NCBI GenBank assembly: GCA_973895155.1
Contig: OZ316899.1
Span: 6,451,241-6,515,240 of the forward strand
Direction: 5' to 3'
From: Marsupella aquatica
Lineage: Eukaryota; Plantae; Marchantiophyta
DNA: 64,000 nucleotides
Positions 26,950 to 38,900 of this stretch are shown here, one piece after another (positions within the stretch are counted from its first letter, which is position 1; every line of letters starts with the position of its first letter). A model generated the notes under the pieces. The model was not told where the DNA came from and ran no database searches. It was given only the letters and a program-made list of their open reading frames with translations. Made by a program: the position numbers and the translations under genes.

Positions 26950-28158
26950 AGAAGTCCCCTGCCCATCTGCCATTGTTGCCATTTCTGTCCATTGGTGCAA
27001 CTATCTCTTTAGACATGTCCATTCATCTCCTGTGCAAGAAATTTGTCAAAAGAGCAACAACCCTGAAAGTAATGCTGAAATTTTGCTGTGTAAGGTCAAA
27101 TTGCTTCTGCAATCGTCTCCATTTCATCTTGAGGCCTCCAATTCCCCATTCCACCTTAACCCTGTGCCCAATAATGATTTTATTGAAGGTTTTGATCCGG
27201 CTAGCTCTCAATCCACTAGTCCTCATCTCAGTCTTTGTGAATCCCCTCATTATGTACTTCTCCTTTCCTACATACCCAGAATCTCCAAGCACATAAATAG
27301 TTGTTGCCAATAAACCTCAACCATGGAATTCTGCAAGATGGTAACATCGTGATATGAACCTGGATATCTAGCATCCACATAAATGAACAGCCCATTGTGG
27401 TTGACTAACACTCTATTGTTCATACAATACATTTTCTTCCTCCCTTGAAACCACTTCTTATGATAAGGGTTCTGAAATGGCATGCGGATCCTACATAGCG
27501 TGCCATCAATGAACCCAATGCATCCTAGAAGTTGTGGTATGATCCTGGCTAATACCTGCCTCTCTATAGCATTGGGCCACTTAATCTTGTTTGCAATTGC
27601 TTGGTTTATGCAAGATGCAAAAAACAGGGAGTCATCACACACGGATGAACGACACCAATTCCACCTTTGTGCATCCAAATAAACAGAATTATTGTGCTTC
27701 AAATACAATATGAAATTCAGAAGCCTTTGTTCACCAGTGAGCTTGCATGGACGGCCTCTCACCACATGATCCACTCCTGTGCTTTGAGCATTTGCCTGGA
27801 TGATAGGGCAAACACAAGCACACAACGCATGATACTCACCGGGCCAGAAATTGGTAAGGTCCTTGAATTGTTGTGGGATTGCAGAGATAGATGCATATAC
27901 ATTGTGCACACCAATTAGTGGATTGACTGACCTGCCATTCTCTCAAGACAACTTGATACTCTGAAACGACTCTATGCATTTTACATAAGTGTGAATTGCC
28001 ATCACAACCAAGAGCAACATCATGTCGTCAAGCTCCTGCAAGGAATCATTGTTGTCACTATCACTACTATCACTCCCGTTGTCACTGCTGTTGTTTGAAC
28101 TTGAAAACACCTGGCCGAAATGCTCAGCCTCCATCGGCACTTCTTCCATTTGCTGCAT
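26950..28158 (-). pseudogene. PIF/Harbinger (HARBI1-like) DDE transposase, disrupted
   Basis: IGFIDGTLCRI, YPGSYHDVTILQNS, YVLGDSGY, HRVKVEWGIGGLKMKWR. Frameshift near 27290 and a stop near 27943. Confidence 0.9.
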
Positions 28159-28228
28159 TGAGGAAGCTCAAAGGTAATTATGACCTGCATTTCTCTGTTT
28201 TCTATGGATTGTGCTAAACTTGAGTCTG

Positions 28229-31200
28229 CTCTACACGAGAGTCGTGTAGAGTGGGTCTCTTTCATCGACCCATACTCTCTATTTGAGAGCCCTTATGTTA
28301 GAATTTAGAATTTCCTGTTCAGTTCTACGCGAGTCTCGCGTAGACCGTTTCTCCAATCTTGGAAGACAATGGATTTCTACGTGACTGTCGTGTAGAAACT
28401 CAGGTTCTGTAGAGTGTTAAATCCTCGTTCGGAGGTAGTACCATTTGGAATCAAAACATTGTTCATGTGACTTTGTTCTTTCAACTTTTCTAGAGGAAGG
28501 CGCTCATCGCAAGGACGATTTTGAGAAGATTGAGGGATTGTTGCAAAAAAGTATTTCTGCTTTTGATATGAGTTTGATGGAGAATTCCATTCTCCAAAAA
28601 GCGTTGGAGGATGAAAAGGAAGCAATAGAATACGAGCGGGAGCAGATGTTTGCAAAGTATCGATGGGCACAGATCCAACATTTGACTACTTGCGATGTAG
28701 CGGCAAAGTCCATGAAAGCTTCTCTTGAGATGGAGAAGTTTCGAGATCGTCAAGTTCATGACTTGCGCCAGGAGCTGGCCGATGGCCGAGAGAGGGAAAG
28801 ACAATTGGATACCAAAGTGCGATGAATTGAATTGGAAAAAAACAATTGTTGCCTTCATGGCCACATGTGTTCGCATACTTTGAGTTAAGGTTCTCTTATG
28901 TTTCTAGCGGATCAGATTGTTTTCTTAAATCTGGACAATGTTTTGACTCCGAATGATGATGAGCTCAAATGGCTCATACGACTATCTCCAGAGATCTGAT
29001 AGTCATTTTTTGCGGGATCATTTACACACCAAAGAGGCCAGAGGTCTGATAGTCATTTTTGCGGGACCGTTTACACGCCAAAGAGGCCATTTTGTAAAGG
29101 ATGTTTTGACATCATTTTGTTTGTAATGAATCAACAGTTTTTCGGCTCACTTTATTTTCTACGCGAGTGTCGTGCAGATGTTTGACATATTTCTCCTTGT
29201 CTTCTAGGAGTTCGCTCTGTTTATTTCCGTTTTGATAGGCTTCGCATTGAAACTCCAACGATCGCAAAACTTCAGAATATTTTGGCGACAGTGAATTCAT
29301 GGTCTTTTGAATTGCAACCAGTCAAAGGCAACTACCGTTTGATTGTGAGGGGAGTTAAAATAGAAAATGGACGAAGAAACTTTGTGAGTTTTGGCACTCT
29401 CGCAGACTGTACGAGGTTTGCGTCCCCAAAGGACAACCCATCTCTTCTGCTAACATTGGAGTGTGAGAGTTCTTGGAATTTCAAAGATGGTTGCTCCACT
29501 TCATGGGTTTTGCTCAGCACATTGTCTTGAACCTTACAACCAGGACATAAATGTTGTCTCTTGCGGTTTCTTTGATCCTTTAGTGGATAGATGGCTGTCA
29601 CCTGATCGGGTCTTTACGGCTGATGAAATAATTCTAGGGCTTGGATGGGTCTCCTATGTCATGAAGCAGTCCGAAAATTTTATCTCTCGGACACGAGAGG
29701 TGGATCACATAATGCGGATGAAGATCCCAGACGATGACTGGAGGAGAAAGATGACTATTTCTCCGAATGTTGTGTTCATGAAACACTTCAGTGAGACAAC
29801 GGTGGAGGAATGGATTCGAGAGCATCCAGTAATCCAAGACTTGGTACGCCCAAAGAAGAAAGAAGCTGGTGGAAAAGAGATTGACGATGATGATGGGGAG
29901 GGAAAGGACGAGGATGACTCCTCCGAGGATGACTCGTCCGCCTCTGGAGAGAGCAAGTCCCATGAAACGATATCAGTCTATGAGACAGAAAATGAGGATG
30001 ACGGAGAGGAGGGAAGTGTCCAAGAAGAGAGCAAGAAGACTTTTCAGAATCGGGCGGGGTCAGAGAATGAGTCAGAGTCAACAAGTTTAGAAGGTGCAGT
30101 TGAACCAACCAACGATGATGGTGAGAGTGGGGAAATTCAACAAAATGAGGTCATCCCACCAGCAAAGCCTCCAATAGAGAAGCGATACGCAAAGACTTCA
30201 AAGGGAGTTTCGCCCAGGAAGGGGAAAGCTGGTGTCGTGTCAGAGTCATCCACACCCAGTTGGAAGAAAAAAGCAGTGGACAAAAAATCACCATCAGGGA
30301 AACTAGGTCGGAAGAAGGTTGATTTTGAGAAAACAAAAGAAGAAGCTAAACTACCTCGGAAGAGAGTGAGAGTCGTTGATCAAGCAGATGAGCCGCCTAC
30401 GGCAAAAACAGGCCGCAAGAAGGTTCAACGGGAAGAACAAAAAGAAGACAAGAAACCATCTCGAAAGAGAGTTCTTGTTTCTGACCAGCGCGAAGTCGTG
30501 CCTCAAGTGAAAGGTGGAAAAAACTTATCTTTGATTGATAAACAAGAAGAGGCAACATCTTCTCGGAAGAGAATTCAAGTTGTCGAGGAAGCGCAAGGAA
30601 TACGAAAATCAAGCAAAGCAAAGAAAGTTGCTTCACCAGAAAAACCTGAGGAGGAGAAACCGACTCAAAAGTCTCGGGTTGGACAGAAATCTGAGTCGGT
30701 CAGGAAGAAAGTTGAGAAGGTTGAACCGGAGATCAGGACGCTGAAGCGAAAGGGAGTCGTAAAAGATCCTGCACCAAAGGGAAACAAAAAAGCAAAACTT
30801 GATGTTGAATCAGTAGTTGTGGAATCAAGGGCAAAGCCTCCTAAGTGAAGGGGAACGACCACAGAGTCGGCTAAAATTGTTGTGAAAACTCCCATGGTCA
30901 AAGCCGTGGGGAAGAAGGCCCCAAACGTTGAGAAGCAGGCTGTCATCACCTCTCAAGCTGTCGTTCGCAAGCCCAAGAAAGCAAAGAAAAATCAGGAAGC
31001 TGTTGAGATTGACGAGAACCCTAGTTCCGCGAAGCTAGTTGTCGACCGTGCTCGTCTGGAGACTGCAGAAAAAACATTGGAGTTGAATAAGTCTTGGTAT
31101 TGTTTTGGGATATCCAGATTTTTTTCTGTCCCGGTTGAAAACATCCATCCCCCTCCTACCAAGATGAATGAGAGACTCCTCAATGAGGAGCATGTCAACC

Positions 31201-31702
31201 ATCTTGCGCAACTGATGATGACAAATGCAGGGCAAGAACCTTTACCTGCAGATTTGGTTCCTTACAAGATGATCGACGGAGTACCGAGTTTAATTGACCT
31301 TGCGGGAAAGGACATTGACACCAAGAAGCTTGCGGAATTCAAGTTCTTTGCCATCAGTGGTCAACATTCCACAATGGCCGCCAAGAAAATTATCCGGAGT
31401 TCAAAGACCCAACCATCTCTCATGCAAACAGCCAATTTGCTCAAATATCGTCGAGCGCAAATTCTCAAAGGGTCAACTCCGGTGAAAGTTCTTGTGGAAA
31501 TTTCACACGCGAACAACCTTCAGGCGGAGGCACATTGGTTTTCATCTCCATTTATTGATCAAGTGAAACATGCAAGAATGCAATACAGTGATATGGGGCG
31601 ACCAGCTCGTCCACTTCCATCGGGTCAAAAATCTCCATAATTTCAGGGAGGTTCTCCATGAGAGTTGTGAACAAAATCCTTTCTACGCGAGAGTCGTGTA
31701 GA
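28229..31702. repeat. Five dispersed 21-bp palindromes, consensus TCTACGCGA-N3-TCGCGTAGA
   Basis: Copies at 28229-28251, 28324-28344, 28374-28398, 29158-29178 and 31682-31702. Most deviations are CpG-type transitions. Confidence 0.85.
28445..28825 (+). CDS. Coiled-coil ORF of unknown function, possibly a 5' exon of the downstream gene
   Basis: 126-aa E/K/R-rich helical ORF, divergent from the transposase. Confidence 0.3.
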   Translation: MESKHCSCDFVLSTFLEEGAHRKDDFEKIEGLLQKSISAFDMSLMENSILQKALEDEKEAIEYEREQMFAKYRWAQIQHLTTCDVAAKSMKASLEMEKFRDRQVHDLRQELADGRERERQLDTKVR

Positions 31703-32364
31703 GCCTTTCCAGTATTTGGGGATTCGAAACTTTGAGCTGGCTAACTTTGAGTTGTTTGGTCTTTCCTCCCAGGAGTATGAAACACTTACGAAAGTTACGT
31801 TAAAGGTGAATAGCATCAGCGAGTACAATTGGATTTTGTTTGCTCCCGAGAAGCTCTACTCTTTATGGAGAGAGGTTTGCAATTATTGGCTCAAGAGTAA
31901 TCTTTTGGATTCATCCGGACAAATGACAGGAAAATCGAAAGAAGCAAAATAGTTGACAGGGACAACATTCCGGGTTTTTGAGGGTGCCGTAGAATCCGAC
32001 ATCTTGGAAATCCTCCACAAAGTGAATTTGGGGGAGGCGCTTTTGATGAAAAAAAAACATGCTTTGACTGATCTTCCCGCCATGTCAGAATTGGCAAGAA
32101 AAGCAAAGTATACGGAGAAACTTAAGGGGGCAATACTTCGATTCTATCGGGAGAAGTACGAAGGGGTTTTCTCGCAAGGATCAACTTGGGGTGATGTAGT
32201 TCAGCAATATAATTTCACTGATGAGGAATTGGATCATTGTTGTGCAATGGTGGACACTGGATATTTCAAGAGCCTTGTGAAGGTGTCACTAAAAGCAGAG
32301 ATGTCGGAGCCACTGAAAAATAGGTTGAGAAATATTCACCAAAGGGGACCTTCCACGTCCAATC
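29463..32364 (+). pseudogene. Large K/E-rich protein with a ParB/Srx-like domain, truncated by a LINE
   Basis: ORFs 29463, 30882, 31716 and 31953 share one frame, split by stops and a likely intron (~31651-31712). VPVENIHPP...RLLNEEHVNHLAQLM...FFAISGQHSTMAAKKI resembles the ParB/Srx N-terminal GxHR motif. Confidence 0.5.
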
Positions 32365-35300
32365 TTGGTGAAGTTTGCAGCTGGATTCGAGAAAGCTAGA
32401 GTGATGGCTAACAGGAGCATGCTTAAAGGGCTAAGGATTTGGTTGGATGATGATCTGACTCCCACACAAGTCCAAGCAAGGAAAATTGAGCTTGAGAAGG
32501 TGAGGGTAGCCAAAGACCAAGGATTGGTAGCCTACTTGCGCAATGGACAAGCTGTTGTTACCAATAAGAAGAGAGTTGTTTCTAAATGATGGATCGGGAC
32601 CTTGAGAGTCATGGCATGGAATGTTTCAGGACTTTCCATAGAAACAGCAATTGGAGGGGAACCTTTGTTTGAGAATTTTGACATCTTGCTTTTCACGGAG
32701 ACTTGGGAATATGAGGGAAATGCTCTACCTAGCATTAAAGGCTTTACTTGCATACAATCCATCTTCAATGAGAAGAAGACCACACGGGGAAGAGGGTTTG
32801 GAGGCATTGCTGTCTACACCAAGAATCAACTTCAACACATCACCTCTATTGAACATGAAGATCCCAGCAAGCAGTTCATGGTGGTGAGACTTCATACCAG
32901 AGGTACTCCATCATTTCTGATTGTCACCTACTTTGCTCCCCTTAATATGAATGTCTATAAGATGGGAATTGCTGATGCACATTATCCATTTCATAGGTTA
33001 ATCCAAGTCATTCATGATATATCACCACTAGGGGAGACATGGATAGTGGAGGACTTTAATGCCAGGGTATCTAATGAACAATTTACTGAAAGTGAGGACT
33101 TAGGAACTTTACCTTGGTCATCATGTAGTGAAGAGATACCTTGGGTGAGAGAGGCTCTTGACACCAGAACAAATGACATGACACGTCACTTTTTGCATTT
33201 GGGAGCTTCTTGTAATCTAAGAATATTGAATGGGCTTGAGAGATTTCCCCAATCATCTGGTTACACTTTTAGATCTAAACAAGGATGTAGTACCATTGAT
33301 TACCTTCTTGCCTCACCTACCTCTGCCACTAGAGTGGTTGACTTTCAAATACTTGATCAACAACCAGAGTCTTCACACTTGCCTTTGTTGTTCCATCTTG
33401 ACCTGACCACAATCCCAAACAAAGTGCATAGAAAGCCAGTACCCAAACCTCTGTTTCTAGACCCTGATAGAGAAGTCATCTTCAAAGCCAACTTTGAACA
33501 TCTTCTCCATACCCTGGATGATCAGATTGAGCTCTCAGAAGTCATAGCACAAGCAGCAGCCTCTACTTTCTCCACCAAACCCCCTAGAAAGCAAAACATG
33601 AAGGCTTGGTTTGACGAGGATTGTGCTAGAGCAAGGATGCAAGCAAGATCACATTCAGGGGAAAAGAGACTTTTGGCATTCACTATGTACAAGAACTTCA
33701 TCAAACACAAGAAGAGGTGCTTCTTGAAGAGTCATCAACAATCACTATGTGAGGAGTTCATCAAACATCCAAAACATTTTTGGGAGAGAATGCAATCAGG
33801 CAAGACTACTCCCCCCTTGGATCACCAGGACCTGGTAACCTATGTCACATCCTTGTATTTCTTTCCAGATGCTAGTGGCATGCCTTTGCCCCTTGGGGAC
33901 ACCATTCAGTTTACAGAGAGGGAGGTGAAGGTGCATCTTTCCCACATGCAACATGGGAAAGCTAAAGATCTGTTGGGCCTGAACTTGGAGCTTCTTTTGT
34001 GGGGAGGACCCTCTTTACTAACAAACTTGGTGCATGAGCTGAATCAAGCAATGGCTTTAGGTTTACCTAAAGCTTGGATGACCAGAAGAGTGGTGCCTAT
34101 CTTCAAGGCAGGCAACAAGGACGATGTGCACAACTACAGAACCATCATGGTAGGCAATACTTTTGCTAAAGTTTTGGGAGGACTACTTGAAGCCAAATTA
34201 AGCTCTTGGTTGGAGAGTGAGATGAAAAGGGCACCTTCACAAGCAGGTTTTAGGAGAGAATTCAGCACTATGGATCACATTCTCTGCTTGAGGGTGTTGT
34301 GTGAAAAGGCCAAATCTCCACATAAACCATTATTTTGCTTGTTTGTGGACTTCTCCAAGGCCTTTGACAAAGTTTCTCGATCCAAGCTTTGGGATAGGAT
34401 GGTGGAGTTGGAAGTGCCTGAAGAGCTCAGGTTGGCTGTTTCTAAATTGTACCAAGAAGTGCGCATCAAAATTTCAAAGGAAACCTCTGAAGAAATCTGG
34501 AGCACTCTTGGGGTGATCCAAGGTTGTCCTCTCTCACCAACTCTCTTTGGCATCTTCATTGATCAGCTACACAACATTTTGGAGGAGCATGGTGGAGTTG
34601 GCACTCAATTGGGTAGGTTTGTCCTCCAACTTCTTATATTTGCAGATGATGTGGTCCTACTTGCTCATGCTCAAGAAGCTTTGCAAAGACATCTCAATGC
34701 CTTGGAGGAGTTTTGTCAAGCAACAGGGATGGTAGTCAACCTCAAGAAGACCAAGTGTTTGGGCATTGGCACACGACAAAATCCAGAGCTCTACTTCCAA
34801 GGGAATCTGGTGGAATTTGTGAGGACCTACAAATACCTTGGGGTGGAGTTCTCTCAAAACTTGAGTTGGGCCTCATGTGTAAAATCTAGGGCTGCCAATG
34901 GGTACAGAGCTTTTTATGCATTCATGAACAAATGCAAAAGAGCTGGTCTACACACTTGGAGGTTAAGGAAACATCTCTTTGGAGCTTTGGTGAAACCAGT
35001 CATTCTTTATGGAGCACCAATTTGGGGAGCAGGTGTGTCTAAATCTGGGTGGCAACAGATTGAGGGGCTGCAAAAGCTATTTCTTGAGATGGAGCTTGGG
35101 ATCAAGTCACAAACCCCATATGCACTTACACTTGCAGAGGCAGGCTTGTTTCCTTTGGAGGTGGAGGCACTCTTCCACACACTCAAATACATCATGCGTG
35201 TAAGAGAGTTGGAGGAAAACAGATTTCCTTTTCATGCCTTGCGCTCATCTTCAGCTAAAGGGTGGTATGCAGATGTGTGCAGGTGGGCCCATGCTTGGGA

Positions 35301-35934
35301 TTTTCCTGAACATGAATGGCCAACACACCCAACCAAGCTAAGAGCAAAACTTGAGCAAAAGGCTTTGCACAAACTTTGGCATGAACCTAGCCCACGGCAG
35401 CAATACTACATGAGAGATGTGAACCCCATGAAGAAATATTGAGAACAAGAATACTTATCTAGCACTATCTCAGTACAACTTAGACAACTTATTGCTCAGT
35501 ATAGACTAAGCTCACACCACCTTGAAGTAGAACAAGGGAGATGGAAGGATATTGACAGGAAAAAGAGGGTTTGTCAACTATGTGATAGCTCTAGTATTGA
35601 GAATGAATATCATGTATTCATTGCTTGCAAGTTTTATGAGGGGGTTAGGATGGCATCTCAAATCTTGGTGAAAGATTTGTATGCATTGTTTGGTCTGCCC
35701 CCTCAGCAACTTGGAAGATATATCTTTGCGGTGGATAGGGAAAGGAGAATAGGTTTGGAAAATCTTTCAGGGCTCTCTAGGTCCATAGTTTCTTTGAGGA
35801 CATAGTTGTCCTCTTCTGAGCAATCTCTTTTGGTTGCTCTTTTCTTTGATTGCATTGTACTTTACTTTTTGTGGCAGCTCCTTTGACTTTCATGGTCCCG
35901 GAGCTTATAATACATTACCATTACCATTACCATT
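32365..35934 (+). mobile_element. 5'-truncated non-LTR retrotransposon, RTE-X-like (ORF1 C-terminus + EN-RT-CCHC ORF2) with a (CATTAC)n tail
   Basis: ORF1 end LKGLRIWLDDDLT; APE motifs WNV, TETW, STIDY, SSHLP; RT motifs QAGFR, VDFSKAFD, QGCPLSP, FADD, YKYLG; tail TACATTACCATTACCATTACCATT at 35911-35934. Confidence 0.9.
32602..35805 (+). CDS. LINE ORF2 (endonuclease-reverse transcriptase) with one premature TGA at 35440
   Basis: 946-aa ORF. The frame continues past the stop as RLSSHHLEVEQGRW...RVCQLC...ENEYHVFIACKFY up to TAG at 35803-35805. Confidence 0.88.
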
Positions 35935-38900
35935 TGGCCTAGTAAGAGTCCTGCACTATTGGTGTCCAAAAAGGATGATACTTTGAGATTGTGCGCAGAT
36001 TATTAGGCCCTCAATAAGCAGACGATAAAGAACAAGTACGCATTACCTCATATGGATGACCTCTTTGATTGCCTCTCCGGGACTAAGAAGTTCTCAAAGG
36101 TGGACTTGCGGTATGGGTATTACCAGATCCGCATGACTAAGGGAGACAAGTATAAGACTGCGATGCGCACAAGGTTCGGATCCTATGAATTTTTGGTTAT
36201 GCCGTTTGGGTTGTGTAATGCAACTGCTATGTTCATGAAGATGATGAATATCATCTTTCATGACTTGTTGGACCAAGGAGTGGTCATCTTTATTGACGGC
36301 ATCCTAATCTACTCAAAAACTTTGGAGGAACATGAGCAGTTGCTCAGAGAAGTGTTCTCTCGCCTTCGTAAGGCTTGTCTCTTTGCTAAACCTAGCAAGT
36401 GCAAGTTTGCAATGAAGTAGATTCAGTTCCTCGGCCATACCTTTACCCCGGAGGGGATAACGCCTAGTCAGGACAAGCTTAAGGAGATCAAAGAATGGGA
36501 GCGCCCGTCCAATGCAAGGCAGGTTAGAGCCTTCTTAGGATTTACGGGGTTTTATCGGAGATACATGAAAGACTACGCAAGGATCGCAAGGCCCCTAAAT
36601 GCGCTAACGTTGAAAAACAAAGTGTTTGTGATTTGGAAAAATGCAAGTGATTACGCCATTGGCAGGCGTCTTCACCAAGATGGGCGTCCTATGGCCTTTG
36701 AGTCATGTAAGTTGGAAAATCATTGGATCACACCGGAAAGAGAAATGTATGCAGTGATCTACGCATTGAAGAAGTGGGAGATTTACCTTAAGAATGGTCC
36801 CAAAGTGGTAATACACATGGAGAGCTCGCCGACTGGGTACTTCAGTTCTAAGCCAAGGCTGAACCCCAAAGAAATGCGCTAGCAGATGTTCTTGGCGGAC
36901 TTTGATTTCAAAGTCCGTCATGTTCCGGGGAAGACAAACATGGCAGCTAACGCATTATTTTTTAAGGACCGTCATCGTGTCAATCGGATCACGATGCTCA
37001 AATCCGAATGGACAAAGGTTCTGGCCGAGGCATAGGAGGATGACAGGTTAGCTAAGGAATGGCAAAGCAATGGGGGTAGCCAAGGCAAGGTAAGGCACAT
37101 TTCATTGGGGTTGGATACGACACATAATGTCCAGTTTTGGCGATACAAGGAGAGGCGTGTGTACATCCAAGAGTCTCTAAGGTTAGAGGTTCTGCAAAAG
37201 TACCACGACTCACCCTGGGGAGGGCATGGAGGACAAGCGGCTATGTATCGCAGCATGTTTCTCGTGTGCATGAAGCAATCAGTCCTTCGCCACGTGCAAA
37301 GTTGTTACTCGTGCCAAAAGAACCAACCGATCTATAGGGCAAAAGGAGGACTTTTGCAACCCTTATCGGTAGACGCGGCTCCATGGAAGTCCATCTCCAT
37401 GGACTTCATTGTTGGGTTACCTGAGTCCCACGGCAGTAACTTCATCTTAACAATTGTGGATCATTTTTCCAAGATGACGTATTTCTTGCCAACTACAAAA
37501 ATGGTTTCAGCACGAGAGGTTGCCGGTCTAGTGTTTGACAATGTCTTCCGACAATGGGGTTTGCTGTTGCATATCCTATCCAACCACGATACCAAGTTCA
37601 CGGGCCATTTCTGGAAGGCATTGTTCCGGTTATCTGGAATGGACCTTACTAGGGGATCAGCGTATCATCATGAGACTGATGGCCAAATGGAACGGGTGAA
37701 TGGTATCGTGGAGGACTACTTGCATCACTTTGTGACGGCCAATCAAAAGGATTGGGCAAAGCACTTAACAATGGTCGAGTTTAGATATAACTTGACCAAG
37801 CATTCGGCGATGGGGTTTGCGCCGTTTGTGTTGGCCACAGGGAGGATGCCAAGGGTGCCCTCCTGGTTCATAAATCCGACATCTTAGCGGACGGAAAGCA
37901 AGGTTCCTTCTACAAACAATTTTATTTGAGAGTGGCGCCTAGTTGTGGAAGCGGCTACCAAGGGTATGACCCTTGCCCAAAGTTGGTACAAGGAGCAAGG
38001 GGACAAACATCGACGCCAGGTAAGCTTTGAAATTGGGGAGAGCGTCTGGTTGAAGTTGAGACTTGAGCAATACCGCGAGAACATAAGTAGGAAGCTGGCT
38101 CCTAGATATGCGGGGCCCTATTGCATCATACAATGGGCCCACAAGGATAATCCGGTTTTGGTGGTGTTGGAGACACCCAAGGAAATGGGCGTGGGCAAAA
38201 GCTACCATACCATGTTAGCCGGCTCAAGAAATTTGTCAAAGACCATCCCAACCGGGATCAAGTCTTGCGTCCGGACGCCATGCTGGTGGAGGACGTTGAG
38301 GAGTTTGAGGTGGAGGCAATTATGGACCACCGTTACAAACGCAAGTTGGGAAGGCAAATCTTAGAGTATTTGGCAAAACAAGCTGGCTATGATCAGACCG
38401 AGAGTACTTGGGGATCGGAAAAAAATTTGGGTAATGCCTTAGAGATCCTTGGAAGCTATTGTAAGCGAAGTAGCCTACCGCCATTGTGAACTGGTACAGG
38501 CAACTGCAACTACCTTTGTGAGTTGTATACTAGTTCCACTCCTCCCGGCCTCTTGAAAATAAAGTTGGATTGTGTGGGCGCTATAGGTTGTTGGGCGGCC
38601 AATTGCTTTTTGCAAGTGGAAGTTGTTGGTGCCTGCCTCACATCTGTGGGCGGGCTGGTTAAAACCAAAGGGGAGTACCCCAAGGAGAGAACAATGGGTC
38701 CGACAAGTTTGGAGTTAGCTTCCCTGGTTAGATTGGCATCCTACTTGGACAAGTGGGATAGGTTGGAATTTCCTAAGTCTGGAAGGCGCATACCAACCTG
38801 GTTTGCATCAGCCTTATGGGCAAACCATTTGGTACCTCATAAAAATTTTAAGGCCTAAAGTGGTCTACGCGTGCTGGAACATTTACTTAGGTCACGCGGA

